A stretch of 63,720 bases of DNA, filler included, from Saprolegnia diclina VS20 (taxonomy: Eukaryota), in assembly GCF_000281045.1 (NCBI RefSeq). It is 5 parts of 2 records of this genome, joined end to end, with 100 filler letters (N's around TTAATTAATTAA, not from the genome) between each part and the next. Parts side by side here need not be neighbours in the genome. Positions count along the whole stretch, not along the records: positions 1 to 17,927 come from NW_008246107.1; positions 18,028 to 29,092 come from NW_008246107.1; 3 more parts are not named here. One strand, 5' to 3'. Of this stretch, positions 11,774 through 24,600 are shown piece by piece (positions within the stretch are counted from its first letter, which is position 1; each line of letters begins with the position of its first letter). The translations under genes were made by a program, and so were the position numbers. Below the pieces are notes generated by a model, which was given only the letters and a program-made list of their open reading frames with translations, did not search any database and had not been told where the DNA came from.

Positions 11774-12896
11774 CATAGTACAGAGAATAACCAACTAAAG
11801 ATGAAGCTAGTACTTTGGGTAGGACGAGACGCGTACCTAGTACAGTACTAGGCTTAGTCGGGCTTGCTGACGACCATATTTTTGGTTGGCCGCCGGTTCT
11901 TGCCGTGCTTCTCGTCGCGTGCGCACGTCAAGAGGCGCGCTAACGTGTATAGCAATGGCCGTCTAGTTCATGAGAAGTCTAGCTTCCGAACGTCGCCGTA
12001 GCCTCGCTTGGTGTCATGTACACATGTTCTAAACGCATCCTTCTGGGATCGATCAACATACCTACTGTGCTAAGTCGACAACTCGGTTCACCTGTCCATG
12101 GCATCATGCCGATCTACGCGCAGACTGCAGCGGTCACCCATTGCAGCTGGGAGCAAACGCAGCAAACGAGGTGTTGGGGAGCTCAGAAGCAGAGACGCGC
12201 ATCAGTCTCGACCTTGTGGTGGCTTCCGCGGTGCAACGCCAACTAAGCAGCGAGGGGAGAGCCATCTCCCAGGAAGCAGGCAGTTGTACTGTGCTACGCC
12301 ACGAAGGCAGATTCGGAACTGAGTCTATGGAGGCCAGCGTTGTGGATAGAACGATAATGAGACCTTTGTCAAGAGGATCTATGATGTCCATCACCATCCG
12401 TATATGGCACCTATCTACATCCCGCACACAGGCTACCCAGACTCTAGGCTCCTTGCTTCCTGGAGTCATAACTCTCCAGCGATGCACGCTTGCATCGGCC
12501 GGACATGGCTTGGCCAAACCAGACTCAACAAGCTGCCCCCGCTGCCGCGGTCTTGACGACACGATGCTATCACAACGTCCACGGACGTCGAGGAATGGCT
12601 GTGCCTGGACGCGCTGCCAGCCCTATGAGCCACTCGATAGCTGCCAAAACGCCCGATATGGGCGCCTCCACCGCCTGTCGTAAGCGAAGCATAGCAAGGG
12701 AGGTCGCTGGATTGATACAAGCCGACCACCAAGCACGCTGCCCGTGCCGCATGGGGCCGTCTCGGTGCATCTTCCCTCGTTTCTAACGTCTCGGTCCATC
12801 GAAAGCTTGTCATGTCACCACATGATGGTCCGCCATGGTGGAGATGATATGTACAAAGCAATACGGTCGAGCGTCGATGCAACACACATAGATAAC

Positions 12897-13940
12897 TTAT
12901 TGAACGAACGAGAGGTGCGCGCCGTGGTAGTACATGTCGACGGCCGGGAAGAGCTCGAGGTCCGAGGGTAGCCCGCTAAAGGCGACGCCGAGTTCTTGGT
13001 CGTTCTTCTCAAAGTGGATCTCGCCAACGTCGCGGCGCCAGCGCACGGTGACGACGTCGCCTTCGGAAAACCCGGCGCAGTACGGCGTGCCACGGATGCC
13101 GTCCTGGGCGTAGAGTGTGCCGTGGCGCAGCTCGACGTAGTAGCCCGACACTTCGGGGTTGTACGAGTAGACGCCAAAGCCCTTGCGCGGCGCGAGGCCC
13201 ACAAAGAGCTTCCCGAGCACGTTGCCCACCGTCGTGATGCGCTCGAGCCGCAGCGCGTAGACGTCGACGCACGACGCGCCCAGTACCGAATGCGACACGC
13301 TCCGGCTCGGTGCATTGGCGCGCTGAACCGACGTGCCGTCGTCGGAGAGGCTCAAGCCTGCCGAACAAAGGTGCGCGTTCCACTGTAGGCTTGCCGTATC
13401 GCGCTCCGAGGGCGCATGGAGCTCGCGTGGCGTGCTGATGTTGAGGTAGTCGAGCGTCGTGCGCAAGTGGCGCACCTCCCAGTCGCTGAGCCCGTCGAAC
13501 GAGAGCTCGCCCGTGCGTAGGTAGACCATGACGCGGTCGAAATGAATCGGGTCAATGTCGATAAAGTAGGCCCCTGCAACATGTGCGATGAGCAACACGC
13601 TATCTATGGATGCGTGCGTACCCGTCTCGGCGTTGGGCTGCCAATGGCCCGAGCCCAGCATCGCCTGAAAGTACGTGCCATCGAGCCGCAAGAGCGTGTC
13701 TTTCGATGTGCGGAAGATGGTGCCACCGACGTCGAGCGTAATGACGTTGGCGGCGCTGGACGCGTTGCGCTGGAGCCGGCGCTCGAGGTCTTCCCACTGC
13801 TTCTCCTTGCGCTCGAGGGCTTCGAGCTGGTCCTGGATCGACTGCGACGTCTCGAGAAAGTCGGCCGAGAAGAGCTTGAGCATGTCGAGGGACCCAGAGA
13901 GCGACCGCTTCAAGTGCTCCTTCTGCAGCGTTGACGCCAT
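12897..13940 (-). CDS. Coiled-coil + BTB/POZ (KCTD-like) + SPRY domain protein
   Basis: BTB: VITLDVGGTIFRTSKDTL..YFIDIDPIHFDRVMVYLRTGEL. SPRY-like C-terminus: FSEGDVVTV..IHFEKNDQELGVAF..LFPAV. Probable in-frame intron 13574-13621; start codon uncertain. Confidence 0.85.
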   Translation of the reverse strand: MASTLQKEHLKRSLSGSLDMLKLFSADFLETSQSIQDQLEALERKEKQWEDLERRLQRNASSAANVITLDVGGTIFRTSKDTLLRLDGTYFQAMLGSGHWQPNAETGTHASIDSVLLIAHVAGAYFIDIDPIHFDRVMVYLRTGELSFDGLSDWEVRHLRTTLDYLNISTPRELHAPSERDTASLQWNAHLCSAGLSLSDDGTSVQRANAPSRSVSHSVLGASCVDVYALRLERITTVGNVLGKLFVGLAPRKGFGVYSYNPEVSGYYVELRHGTLYAQDGIRGTPYCAGFSEGDVVTVRWRRDVGEIHFEKNDQELGVAFSGLPSDLELFPAVDMYYHGAHLSFVQ

Positions 13941-14939
13941 CTGCCCGAAAAAGCCAAACTGCAAGATCGCAGTTGCAGGCTGAAAACCTCTCATTTCGGA
14001 TGTTGAAGCACTCAAATATCATGTTCCGAAGGTTTTCCAGAACTTCGATGGCCTCTGTCATTGCATATCCGACGACGACCGAGCGCTGCACAGCGGTAGA
14101 ACAATGCGCGTCCGTCCAGCGATGGTCGACGCAAACAATGGTAGACGTCGAGCAATGTGTACCATCCCACGTAGGCCAGTGCTACGTGTGTCCTCGTGCG
14201 CTGAGAATACATGGCCTTGGCCTCGCCGCTAGCCGCCACCTCGGCGATTATTTGTCACAGATGCTGGCTAGCCGACGGCGGTTGGGTTGGAGGCTGCGGG
14301 CTCATTGATAGTCGACGCTTCCAACTGCAGAGAACCAGCCGCCATGAGTAGCAGGGTGGTTGTAGGCCCTGTGAATCTTGATACCTGTGCAAACTACATG
14401 CCAGCGACAGTGTTCTTGAAGGACCGGGCAAAGCTAAGATGTGTAGTAGCAAGGGTATACATGGTAGTAGCTACTGGCACATCGAACCAACGCGCTCTCC
14501 CGGCCCGCTCTCGCTCGCTTCGAACATGGCCGTGGGAGGATACGCTGGCGACCGTCAAGATTCCGGCGCGCCCGCAGCTTCAAGGACCTGCCTCCATTGC
14601 AATCTGTGGCCAGCACACGATGTTGAAGACGCGCCGCATCTTGCCAAGCAGCGGCCATGGCCATGAGCAGGTTTGTGGTACATGCCAATTTTGAGTATAT
14701 AGAGCTATGGACTATCGTCCAAGCCAAAGAGTTAGCTCAGCCAGTAACATGATGACCCTGTCCCCGTCGAGCTTTTGGTTGCACCCGACTGCCGCTTGTG
14801 TCGTGCGTCAAGCCACCTTCAACGCCAGCAGCGTATCTTTTCTCGCTGGGATTGTGTGATTGGCTACAATTATAAAACATACAACTCTGGATTGGCTGAA
14901 ATTATCCCTTTTCAGCCAATCGCGCGCAGCGTATCCACG

Positions 14940-17735
14940 ATGAAGACGCCCGACCAAGCGGCTGCGCTCATCCAAGCCCGATGGAAGGGTGTGGCGTACC
15001 GCCAAAAGGCCGCCACATTCGAGGTGCGATCGCATGGCGTCCTGCCAGCAGCGAGGCCGAGGCTAACCTTAGCATACCCACGTAGCGGGCGGTGACGACG
15101 CTCCAGGCGCGGCAGCGCGGCCGCTACGTCCGTCGGCGCTTCGTCGAGTACAAGGGCTTCCGCCTCGAGCAGGTGCGCATCGCTGTACGAGGCGTATATC
15201 GTCATTGCACCAACGACGTCTAGGCTGCGTTCGAGTCGGAGAGCAAGAAGCGCCGCGAGCGCATCTGGCATCACCAGCAGCAACTGCTCTACATGGAGTC
15301 AATCTCGCCAGACCAGTACGAGAAGCTCATGGCGCTCCGGCAAGCGCGCGCTGCACGTGTCATTCAAAAGCGCTGGAACGACTACCGAGCGTACAAGGCC
15401 AACGCGCGCCTCGAGTGGTCGTCGACCGACGACGAAGACGACGACGACGAGCGCTACTGGAAGCAAGCATCAGTCGCCAGCAGCACGCAGTCGTCGATCG
15501 GCACGGCGCCCGCACCCGACGCCGCTATCGACCCAGAGGTGTATCTACAGACCAAGACAAGGCTTCAGCAGACGATCAAACAGCGGGTCCACGCGCTTGC
15601 CAGGACGGCGCCGTGGAAGCACGCGGTACCCGAGTACGCAACCAAGGCCGAGAAGCTCCAGCTGCGCAAGCTCGCGTATACGCGTCTCTCGGACCAAGCC
15701 AAGACGACCCACGCGCATCTGGCGCACCACAAGAAGGAGTTTCGTGCCCAGCGTGCAGGTACATTTTCCTGCATTTTTGCATCTTGGGCATTTTACATGG
15801 AACACAAACCTGTCTCGACCCTGCAGACGCCGAGCTCGAAAAGAAAGCTCTCCTCGCGCGTTGTGAGCGGCGCATGGCGGCACTGAGCCAACCCCCGCCG
15901 ATGCCTTCGGTAGGCCCCATACAAACCTAACCGCAGTGGGACCGAGACGACGTGTAGCTCGAGCAAGGGGCGTCCATCAACGACTATCCGTTGCCAAAGC
16001 TCCGGCGCCGGCGCCACGAAGCACTCACAACGCACAAGAACATCATGACGTCCCTCAAAGCACCGCGCATCTACGACATGCCCGTCGCCGGCACCGTCTA
16101 CGACATGCGCCGGTACAGCTCGTGCTCACTCGATGACGTCGTCACACCATGGACTAGACACCCCGAGCACTGGCCGTACACGGACGTCGACCGCGTGTGG
16201 TGCTGGCCGCAAGAGTACGTCGCGTCGCTTAATGTGGCGCCGCCCGATGACGCGCCGGCGTCCGACGACCCACTGGCGGTGTTTGTGGGCACAGACCCGA
16301 CGCTGACCGAGCTGCCGTGGCTGGCGTTCAGCCACAAGATGCAGTTCGAGCCGACGCCTGCCTCGTCCAGCACGCTGCCGCCGCGCCTGCACGCCTACCG
16401 CCGACAGAAGACCGAGGGGGATGCATACGGCGACGGGTTTGACGCGAGTGTGCAGGCGCAGACCAAGCACCTCGTGGCCCAAGTGAGTGCACAGATTCAC
16501 TTCAACACACAGCGTCGGCGGCAGCTCGAGGAAGAGAGCCGGCAGTTGCCACGACCGGTCGCGCCGCCGTCGAGCGCCATCGACTATGCGCAACTGCGCA
16601 AACACAACATGGCGCTGCGTATCCAAGCCCAGTACCGAGGCCACCGTGGCCGACAAGCAGCCCACGAGGTAGAATGCATCCATCTGAGCATTAGCGTAGA
16701 GGGAGTATACACTTGTCAAACTAGATTCGAGCCCAGCATTTTGTCTTGGTCCGCGGCCGCGCGATTCGAAAAGGGCTCTGCGAAGAGTGCGCCGACCAAA
16801 AGGCTGTCTTGCTCTGCAAGAGTTGCGAAGAGAGCCGTCATTTCTGCCCACAGTGCTGGGTGCACGTGCACAGCACGCGGCGACGGAAGAATCATGTCCC
16901 GATGCCCATGGTCGCGCCACCAAAGACCGACCACCGCACTCTTATTGACAGTCGTCCGCCGCCGATCGTGACGGCGTCGCCAGAGCGACCCTTACCGCCA
17001 ACGTCAGACATGACTGCCTCGGCGCCACAGCCAACTGTCGACACGACGTCGAGGCCGCTGTTGACCGATGTCCTGGCGGCACCACACGTCGACACGGCAT
17101 TGAAACTTGAGAAACCTCGAGCAGTAGTCAAGCCGTGGGCGAAAAAGGCCAAGACCAGCGTGACGGCAGCCAGCGTCGATGCGCTATCGGTGCAACCCAC
17201 TATGGTACCGGCAGCGGCAGCGGTACCACAAGGCGCCGAGGTGCTAGGACCGCGCAATACCGAGATCGCAAAGTCAACCAAGGAGCCAGAAGCTCCGAGA
17301 GCGACCACGGAGGCACCTGTCGTTGCGCCGACAGAGACCGCAAGCGTGGCCAAGCCACGCGCCAGCGCCGACAAGCCGTGGAAGAAGAAGGCCCATTCGG
17401 CGCCGACGCGCTCGGTCTTGAGTGCCGACGAACCTGTTGCCATCACGGACGCTGCGCCAGTGTCGACTGAGCCCACCGCCGCACCTGGTAATGAACCGTC
17501 GTCAAGCGATCCGCCGTCTGCTGCCATATCGCCGTCCAACGTGCGCACGTCGGCGGATACCGCGTCGTCGCAGCCTGCAGCGATTGCTGCTGCGGACAAA
17601 GGCAAAGACAACAAGGCGGCTTCAATGAGAGAGACGTCCGTGGAAGTCCCGCCATCGACCGCGCCGTCGACCGAAGTCTTAGCAAGCTCTGCGCCCGTAG
17701 AAAACACTCTAATAGCACAGGCGTCCAACGAATAA
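14940..17735 (+). CDS. IQ calmodulin-binding motif protein (IQCB1/NPHP5-like IQ region) with B-box zinc finger and low-complexity tail; multi-exon
   Basis: IQ motifs IQARWKG, LQARQRG, IQKRWNDYR and IQAQYRG. B-box CEECADQKAVLLCKSCEE..FCPQCWVHVH..NH. Several short GT-AG introns connect the frames. Confidence 0.75.
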
Positions 17736-17927
17736 TGCCATACGCCATCGGTAGAGTCGAGTAGAGGACCCTTCTTCGAGGCTTTCCTGCTCTTTAATAG
17801 AGTAGGCCGTTGACCATCCAACGCCGCATCGATCATCTTCGCCCTCGCCGCTTGCGTCACGCTACCGTGCCCATGGGTACTGTATCGTGCGCGTCTCGCA
17901 GCGTCGTGGCGGCGCCGGCAGCGAAAA

Positions 17928-18027
17928 NNNNNNNNNNNNNNNNNNNNNNNNNNNNNNNNNNNNNNNNNNNNTTAATTAATTAANNNNNNNNNNNNNNNNN
18001 NNNNNNNNNNNNNNNNNNNNNNNNNNN
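17928..18027. other. Artificial contig linker 44N-TTAATTAATTAA-44N
   Basis: Exactly 100 bp with six-frame stops; the same linker occurs four times in the window. Confidence 0.97.
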
Positions 18028-18122
18028 TTCTGCGATCTTTGACCTTTGGCGATCTTCCAGCGTAAATTTTGTTTTTGTTTCGATTTTCGACGCTTTTTGA
18101 AAAATCCCAAGATCTTGCCTGC

Positions 18123-18555
18123 ATGCTGGACGTTCGCGACGGGATGGACGAGCCGCTCCTGGCACCGCCGCCTTCGAGCCCGCGGGCCGACGCCGCACCG
18201 ACGCGCGGACAGATGCCTCATCTGCATCGCATCCTGCTCTCGCCATGGGAGAAATGGGGCTACCATGGTCGCTTCCCATGGAAGCTCGCCTGCCACATGC
18301 TACTCCTGCTCTGCACCATGACGCAGGCACGATGCACCAACGTTGCTTATGCTCATCTCGCGCATCCTAGATCTTTGTTTATGACGCGCAAAACTCGGCC
18401 TACATCCGCGCTTCGTACCGCAACTGGTCGGCGCATCCGCCGCGCCCTATGGACTCTCACGGGCACCGAGGGCCTGGGACGACGGTGCGCGCCGTCTACA
18501 TCTTTCAGGACGAACGAGCACGGCAGTCTTGGCGATTTGTTATTTAAGCCTGCTC
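18123..18555 (+). CDS. Mucolipin/TRPML-like channel, 5' portion (truncated by gap)
   Basis: LHRILLSPWEKWGYHGRFPWKLACHMLLLLCTMTQ matches the mucolipin N-terminal P-x-EKW..FPWKL signature. Probable GC-AG intron 18327-18370. Confidence 0.7.
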
Positions 18556-19176
18556 NNNNNNNNNNNNNNNNNNNNNNNNNNNNNNNNNNNNNNNNNNNNN
18601 NNNNNNNNNNNNNNNNNNNNNNNNNNNNNNNNNNNNNNNNNNNNNNNNNNNNNNNNNNNNNNNNNNNNNNNNNNNNNNNNNNNNNNNNNNNNNNNNNNNN
18701 NNNNNNNNNNNNNNNNNNNNNNNNNNNNNNNNNNNNNNNNNNNNNNNNNNNNNNNNNNNNNNNNNNNNNNNNNNNNNNNNNNNNNNNNNNNNNNNNNNNN
18801 NNNNNNNNNNNNNNNNNNNNNNNNNNNNNNNNNNNNNNNNNNNNNNNNNNNNNNNNNNNNNNNNNNNNNNNNNNNNNNNNNNNNNNNNNNNNNNNNNNNN
18901 NNNNNNNNNNNNNNNNNNNNNNNNNNNNNNNNNNNNNNNNNNNNNNNNNNNNNNNNNNNNNNNNNNNNNNNNNNNNNNNNNNNNNNNNNNNNNNNNNNNN
19001 NNNNNNNNNNNNNNNNNNNNNNNNNNNNNNNNNNNNNNNNNNNNNNNNNNNNNNNNNNNNNNNNNNNNNNNNNNNNNNNNNNNNNNNNNNNNNNNNNNNN
19101 NNNNNNNNNNNNNNNNNNNNNNNNNNNNNNNNNNNNNNNNNNNNNNNNNNNNNNNNNNNNNNNNNNNNNNNNNNNN

Positions 19177-19590
19177 GTGCCCATCACGGACGAGCCCGAG
19201 ATGGAGATCGAGATGTATTTTGACGACGCCTGCGCCTTCATCCACAAGGCCGTCGAGAACCGCATGGCCTGCATGGTAGACGCTGAACCAGCAGAAAACG
19301 ATGCTTACGACGGTTCTACTACGTAGGTGCACTGTTCGCATGGCATGAGCCGCAGTGCCACAATCGTTCTGGCGTACCTCGTCAAGTGCCGCAACATGCG
19401 CCTCCTGGAGGCCCTGCAGTACCTCCGGTCGCTGCGGCGCGTCGTGTCGCCCAACATTGGCTTCATGCAGCGCCTCCTCGACCTCGAAATGGCAGTGCAC
19501 CACGCGCACTCGCTCGACCTCCAAGAATACAAGAAGGACCGGTTCGCACCCATTCACGAATTGGCCATGAACCCTGCCCACAGCGCGTAA
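19177..19590 (+). CDS. Dual-specificity protein phosphatase, 3' portion
   Basis: VPITDEP..YFDDACAFI, intron ~19276-19326, then VHCSHGMSRSATIVLAYL (HCx5R) and VVSPNIGFMQRL. Confidence 0.9.
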
Positions 19591-19696
19591 ATGGCAATAT
19601 CGCCGCTTTGTACGTAATGTTGTTGAATCCTATCAGATATATTGCTTTTGTACGAATACTTCCAAAGTATTTTTGGCCATAGACCGGTATTTTGAG

Positions 19697-21066
19697 ATGG
19701 TCGCACTGCTCTCGACGTCGTTGGACGACGACGCTGCCTGCCACGTCCTCGCCACGCCCGACGACCGCCGCGCCGTGCCCCACCACCGCATCTGTAAAGC
19801 GCTTTGGCCGCTCCTCTCTCGTACGACGCCCATCCTCCTGCTGCCATCAAGTGTAGGTTCTGCCTCTAGTCGCCTTTCTCATTTCGGTCGTATCGGGCAT
19901 CGTCTACGCAGTCCAGTCCAACGCGAGCAGCCACGAGACGGCTCTCTCCAACACTCAGCGCATTATCGTATCGCCCACCTCGTGCATCGCGCCACCGCCG
20001 TCGCAGCGCGTTGTTCTCTTTTGGGAGACCCAAGTCGACGGTTGCACGACAGTAAGCTTCCTGGTTCTTGCGAGCGTGCTATGCGTTTGCGAATACAGGT
20101 CCCGCCTGGCGTCACACACATTGTATTTGGCTTTGCGCTCGTGCAACAAAGTCGTGTCGTGCCGACGTTCCAAGGCGCCGAGGCGACGCTCCGCGCCTGT
20201 ATCGCTGCCCTTCAAGAGTAGCATGCAGAGGCTCGTTCTGGAGGATGACGCACCCTACGTAGGCGCTGCATCGTTGTCATGGCCAGCATCGGCGGCGCGA
20301 CCAACGTCGACGGTATGGCGAACATTGATGCGCCGGACGCGTTCGCGGCGTCCGCCCTCGCGCTCGTCGAGTCGTTTGGCTTTGATGGCGTTGACATTGA
20401 TGACGAGACCGTGGGGTCGCAGCATGACGCTACGCGCGTCACAGCATACATGACGGCGCTGTACCGCGCGCTCAAAAGCGGCAGCAAAACGTACTACATC
20501 AGCTACGATGTGTTCGTGTTCGAAGGTAGCGTCCAACCTCCGAATGCGCTGACAGCGTGCCACGTATCTTATCCGGATAGGCGTTGCGTCCTTCTGCACC
20601 AAGGCGGTCCATGCAGCGTACTCGCGCTGTTTTGCGCCAGCGCTCTTGCCGCTGCTCGACTGGATAAACATCATGGCGTACAACGTCGATATCGACCGCA
20701 CGGCCGCCGCGGTGCGCTTTCTATCTGTTTGGAGAAGTATCAACTTGATAATTACCGACAACCAGGCGTTTTATGCGAATGCAACGAGCTCAACCTTTCC
20801 CGAGTGGTTCAGCTCGCACCTCGGCGGCGACGTGGCGAAAGCGACCATTGGTATCTGCGTCGGCAGCAGTTGCGCGTACGGCGACGGCCCTAGCGACGCC
20901 GTCATCACCGACTGGACCGCGTATGCCAAGACCCACGGTGGCATGGTACTCCAACAACACTACCGAGGAGAGCGATTTCAACGGGTCGTAGATGGTGTAC
21001 GCTGGCTCGTCCGACATCAACTTTGCCGCCACCGAGTCCATCATCACCGCCTTGGCGCCGCACTAG
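19697..21066 (+). CDS. Glycoside hydrolase family 18 (chitinase-like), multi-exon; start uncertain
   Basis: RVVLFWE..VTHIVFGFA, MASIGGA, catalytic FDGVDIDDE (DxxDxDxE), LDWINIMAYN, GGMMVY. Confidence 0.85.
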
Positions 21067-21647
21067 CTCGTCTTCTCTTGTTGTTTCTATGGGCTAAAGT
21101 CGAACGAATCGAACGCTGATATCCAGTCCTTCGAAAGACTACAATGCGTCAGTAGCTTCAGCACAGCTCGCTCTCACATGCGCTCTTGCTCACTCGCACG
21201 CGTTCTTGCTACGATGACGTGAGGCGCGAGCTATCTCTGCGCGGTGATGTTGGCTTCTCATTGCCAGCTTTGGATCGTGTTGCTGTCAATGCAAGCAACC
21301 TCAGGACAAGTAGACGAGCAATATACAAGCTAGAAGCAGCCATTCGTGGGACGCTGCAAGCGCCGTCGAGAGCTGCCATCGCGAGGTGGCTGCTCACTGA
21401 AGGCAGGTGCGCAACCGGTTTCGTACTTTATCCGGATGTTGGAAATAGCACCGCAACGAGGGAATTGCTCTCTCCGGAACGTTCCCACAATCCGTGCACG
21501 GCCCTTGGATTGCGATTGGTCGACATACTGGTTAAGGGAATTCAACGCCATTACAGCGCGGTGCTGAACCACCATCCCACCATCCCAGGCAGCTCGACGA
21601 CGCCCGCGACGACGACGACCCATCTCGCCGAACCCGCGAGGAGTGGC

Positions 21648-24600
21648 ATGGAGAGAGGAGACGACGAGACCGAACCTACGTCCCCGTACACGTCGATGCA
21701 CTCGCCGATCCCGATCGTCGTGAACGGCGTGCGCCCCGACGAGACAAAGGAGGCGACGCCACCAAAGAGCCCGATCGCCGCCGAAGGGGCGTCGTGGTCC
21801 GAGCCGGCGAACAATCCGGCAGAGCTCGTGATGCTCACCGCCGGCGGCATCCGCTTGTACGACGAAGCCAACGAGAACGAGGTCGTGCCAGGCTACAACA
21901 AGTCGACGCGGTCGTCGTGGTCGGCGCGCGGCTCGAGCTTGGCAGGCCGGGCGCGGCCGGGGCCGCCACCGACGCGCTTCAAGCCCACAATGCACCGGTT
22001 CTCATCGCGCGCGAGCACGGCAGACGCGCAGATGGACACGTCGCCGGGCGTCGCGCGGCCGCGACCGGGCTCGCATTCGCAGCTGCAGCACAGTCGTTTC
22101 TACGCGACGCTGCCGCCGCAAGACTCGTACGTGCGCGTGTGGCGCAACTCGTTCTTTGGTGGTCGGCTCATCTTTGCGAGCTTTCTCCTCTTCGCGTGCG
22201 CGACTGCGAGCTTGGCCTTGCACAACATTGGTCATGCGTCGTCGCACTGCGTCGAGATGGACGCTGCGTACGCATTCGCCTACTACATTTCGATTGCATC
22301 GACAGCAAACCTACTGCTCATGCTACCAGCACTCTTCCCGACCACGTGCGGGCTCTACAAGGTCCAAGGCCGGCGCGTGATCCGCCGCCCGTTCCTCCAG
22401 CTCACCGAGATGCTCGTCGTCGCGCAAATGTCGCACATGCTGCTCGAGTGGATCCTTCTTATCGTAGCCATGCCCAACGCAGCGTTCTACTGCGGCCAAA
22501 TCGACAGCGTCCTCGAGCGCGTCCGGTACCACGTTGCGTTCTACGCTGTGCTCCCGATCACAACCGTGCTCTACTGGCAGACAGTCCTCTTCTGCCGCTT
22601 CCGGACGCACCTCAAGCTCCAGCTCGGGTCGACCAACGACGCCAAGCACTCGGCCAACCTCCAAGGCTGGCTCAAAACGTACACCCTCTGCTTTTTCCGA
22701 CGGAAGGTATCACGAAGAGCGTAGGCTGTTTACGCTGCCCGCGATCAGCCGTCGGAGCCGCAAGATCACAGAACTTCGCACGGGTCTCTTCAAGGCTGCG
22801 TCGGCCGGCGACTATGACAAGGCGCAAGAGCTCCTTGACGAGGCCACTCGCGTGCTCGGCGACGGCTTTGCGACCCGCAAGCTCTATCACGGTAGCAACG
22901 TTCACCGCATTTGTATCAAGGTATCGAGTGCGCTAAAATGGATAGAACCCCGACTGTGGCTCTATGCCTTTGCGCGGTCGCGCAAGAACCCGCTGCATGT
23001 GGCTGTCGCCAAAGGCGATCTGCGCCTCGTAGCGCTCTTCTTGCAGTACCATTTCGATGTGAACGCGCTCGACAAGGTCGCCCGCGTCAACTTCAACCTC
23101 GGTGTGCTCTTCAAGCTCACGCGGCTCTTTGTATGTATCTACCACTCGCTCGCCCGATACGATGCGAGAGTGCTAGGTCCGCACGCAAGACCACGTTCAG
23201 AGCATGAACGACTCGATCTTCTCGAGTGTTCTTGTGAGTCCGCTCCACATTGCCGTCCAGAGCGGCGAGCTCATGACCGTGCGTTTTTTGCTCGACCACG
23301 GCGCCAACGTCGATACGTTGCCACGGGCGTCCTTCTTCAAACAGTCGGCAGTGAAACCTGCCATCTACTTGGCCGACGACGTTCAGGTACATATTTTCCT
23401 CCATTTTGCCACCAATTGTCTCCATTTTTGCGATTTTTGCGATTTTTTATTGGCGATTTTTCTGCCATTTTCACACAATGTTTCTAGGTCATTCAAGTGC
23501 TCCTGGCGCATGGCACGAACCTTTTGTACGTCAGTAAGGCTTCCACCGTGCTCACGCCCTTGGTACCTCTTCTTGGCTTGCGATATGCGCCACTCATTTG
23601 CGTTTACTAGCAACGCAACATGCTCACGCACCGCGTCATGCAGTGGAGTCTGCTCGAAGAGCACGGCGGCGACGTGGCATTGACGCCCTTGCACGCGGCC
23701 GCGGCGGCCAACGACGTGGGCGCAGTCCTCTCGTACGTAAAAGGTGGTGTCCAAGTCGACACGCTGGGCGAACTCACGGCCGGTGTGCACTGCCGCACAC
23801 CCTTGCACTGGGCCGCGATCACGGGCAGCCACCTCTCGGCCAAGCACTTGCTCGCGTTCGGCGCCGACGCCAACGCCCGCGACGACATGGGCCGGTCGCC
23901 GCTGCACTGGGCGGCCCGCAACAACCACGTCGACGTCGTCAACCTCCTGCTCGAGCACGAGGGCGACCCGAACGCGCATGACCGGATCGGGAACCCACCC
24001 TTGTCGGTGGCCGCGCAGACCGAAGGCGTCAGCCAAGACGTGATTGCGGCGCTTATTGCACACGGCGCCGACCTCGACTTTGCAGGTCCCTTCCTTTGAC
24101 ACTGGTATAAGGATCCAACCCGGATTGGTGTAGACGACGGTGGCAACACGGCGCTGCACATTGCACTGATCAACGAAAACCGCGTGACGGCCGTCTCGCT
24201 GCTCAAGTGCGGCGCCAACATCATGGCGACCAACCTCGACGGCAAGCGTGCGGTCGACTGCACGACCTCGACCGAGCTCCAATTCGCCGTCAAAAAAGAG
24301 GCTGGCAGCCGCGATGTCATGATCAGCTATACGCACGCACACGCGCCGATCGCCAAGCGTGTGCGCGACTACCTTGTCGACCACGCGCGGCTCACGTGCT
24401 GGATGGACACGATGGACCCGAGCGGCATTGGTGGCGGCGCGGTCTGGCGCGAAGAAATCGCACGCGGTATCTCTTGGTCTACGATCTTATATATCTCATA
24501 AATTTCGACTAGGTATCTTCAACGCCAAGGTGGTTGTCGCCGTGGTCTGCGATGGCTACGCGCGCTCCGAGTGGTGCCTCAAGGAGCTCTCGTTTGCCAA

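Noticed and set aside
12141..12683. CPRC-containing ORF as a LINE zinc-knuckle remnant
   Set aside because: The downstream His/Cys ligands and RT motifs were not recognisable.
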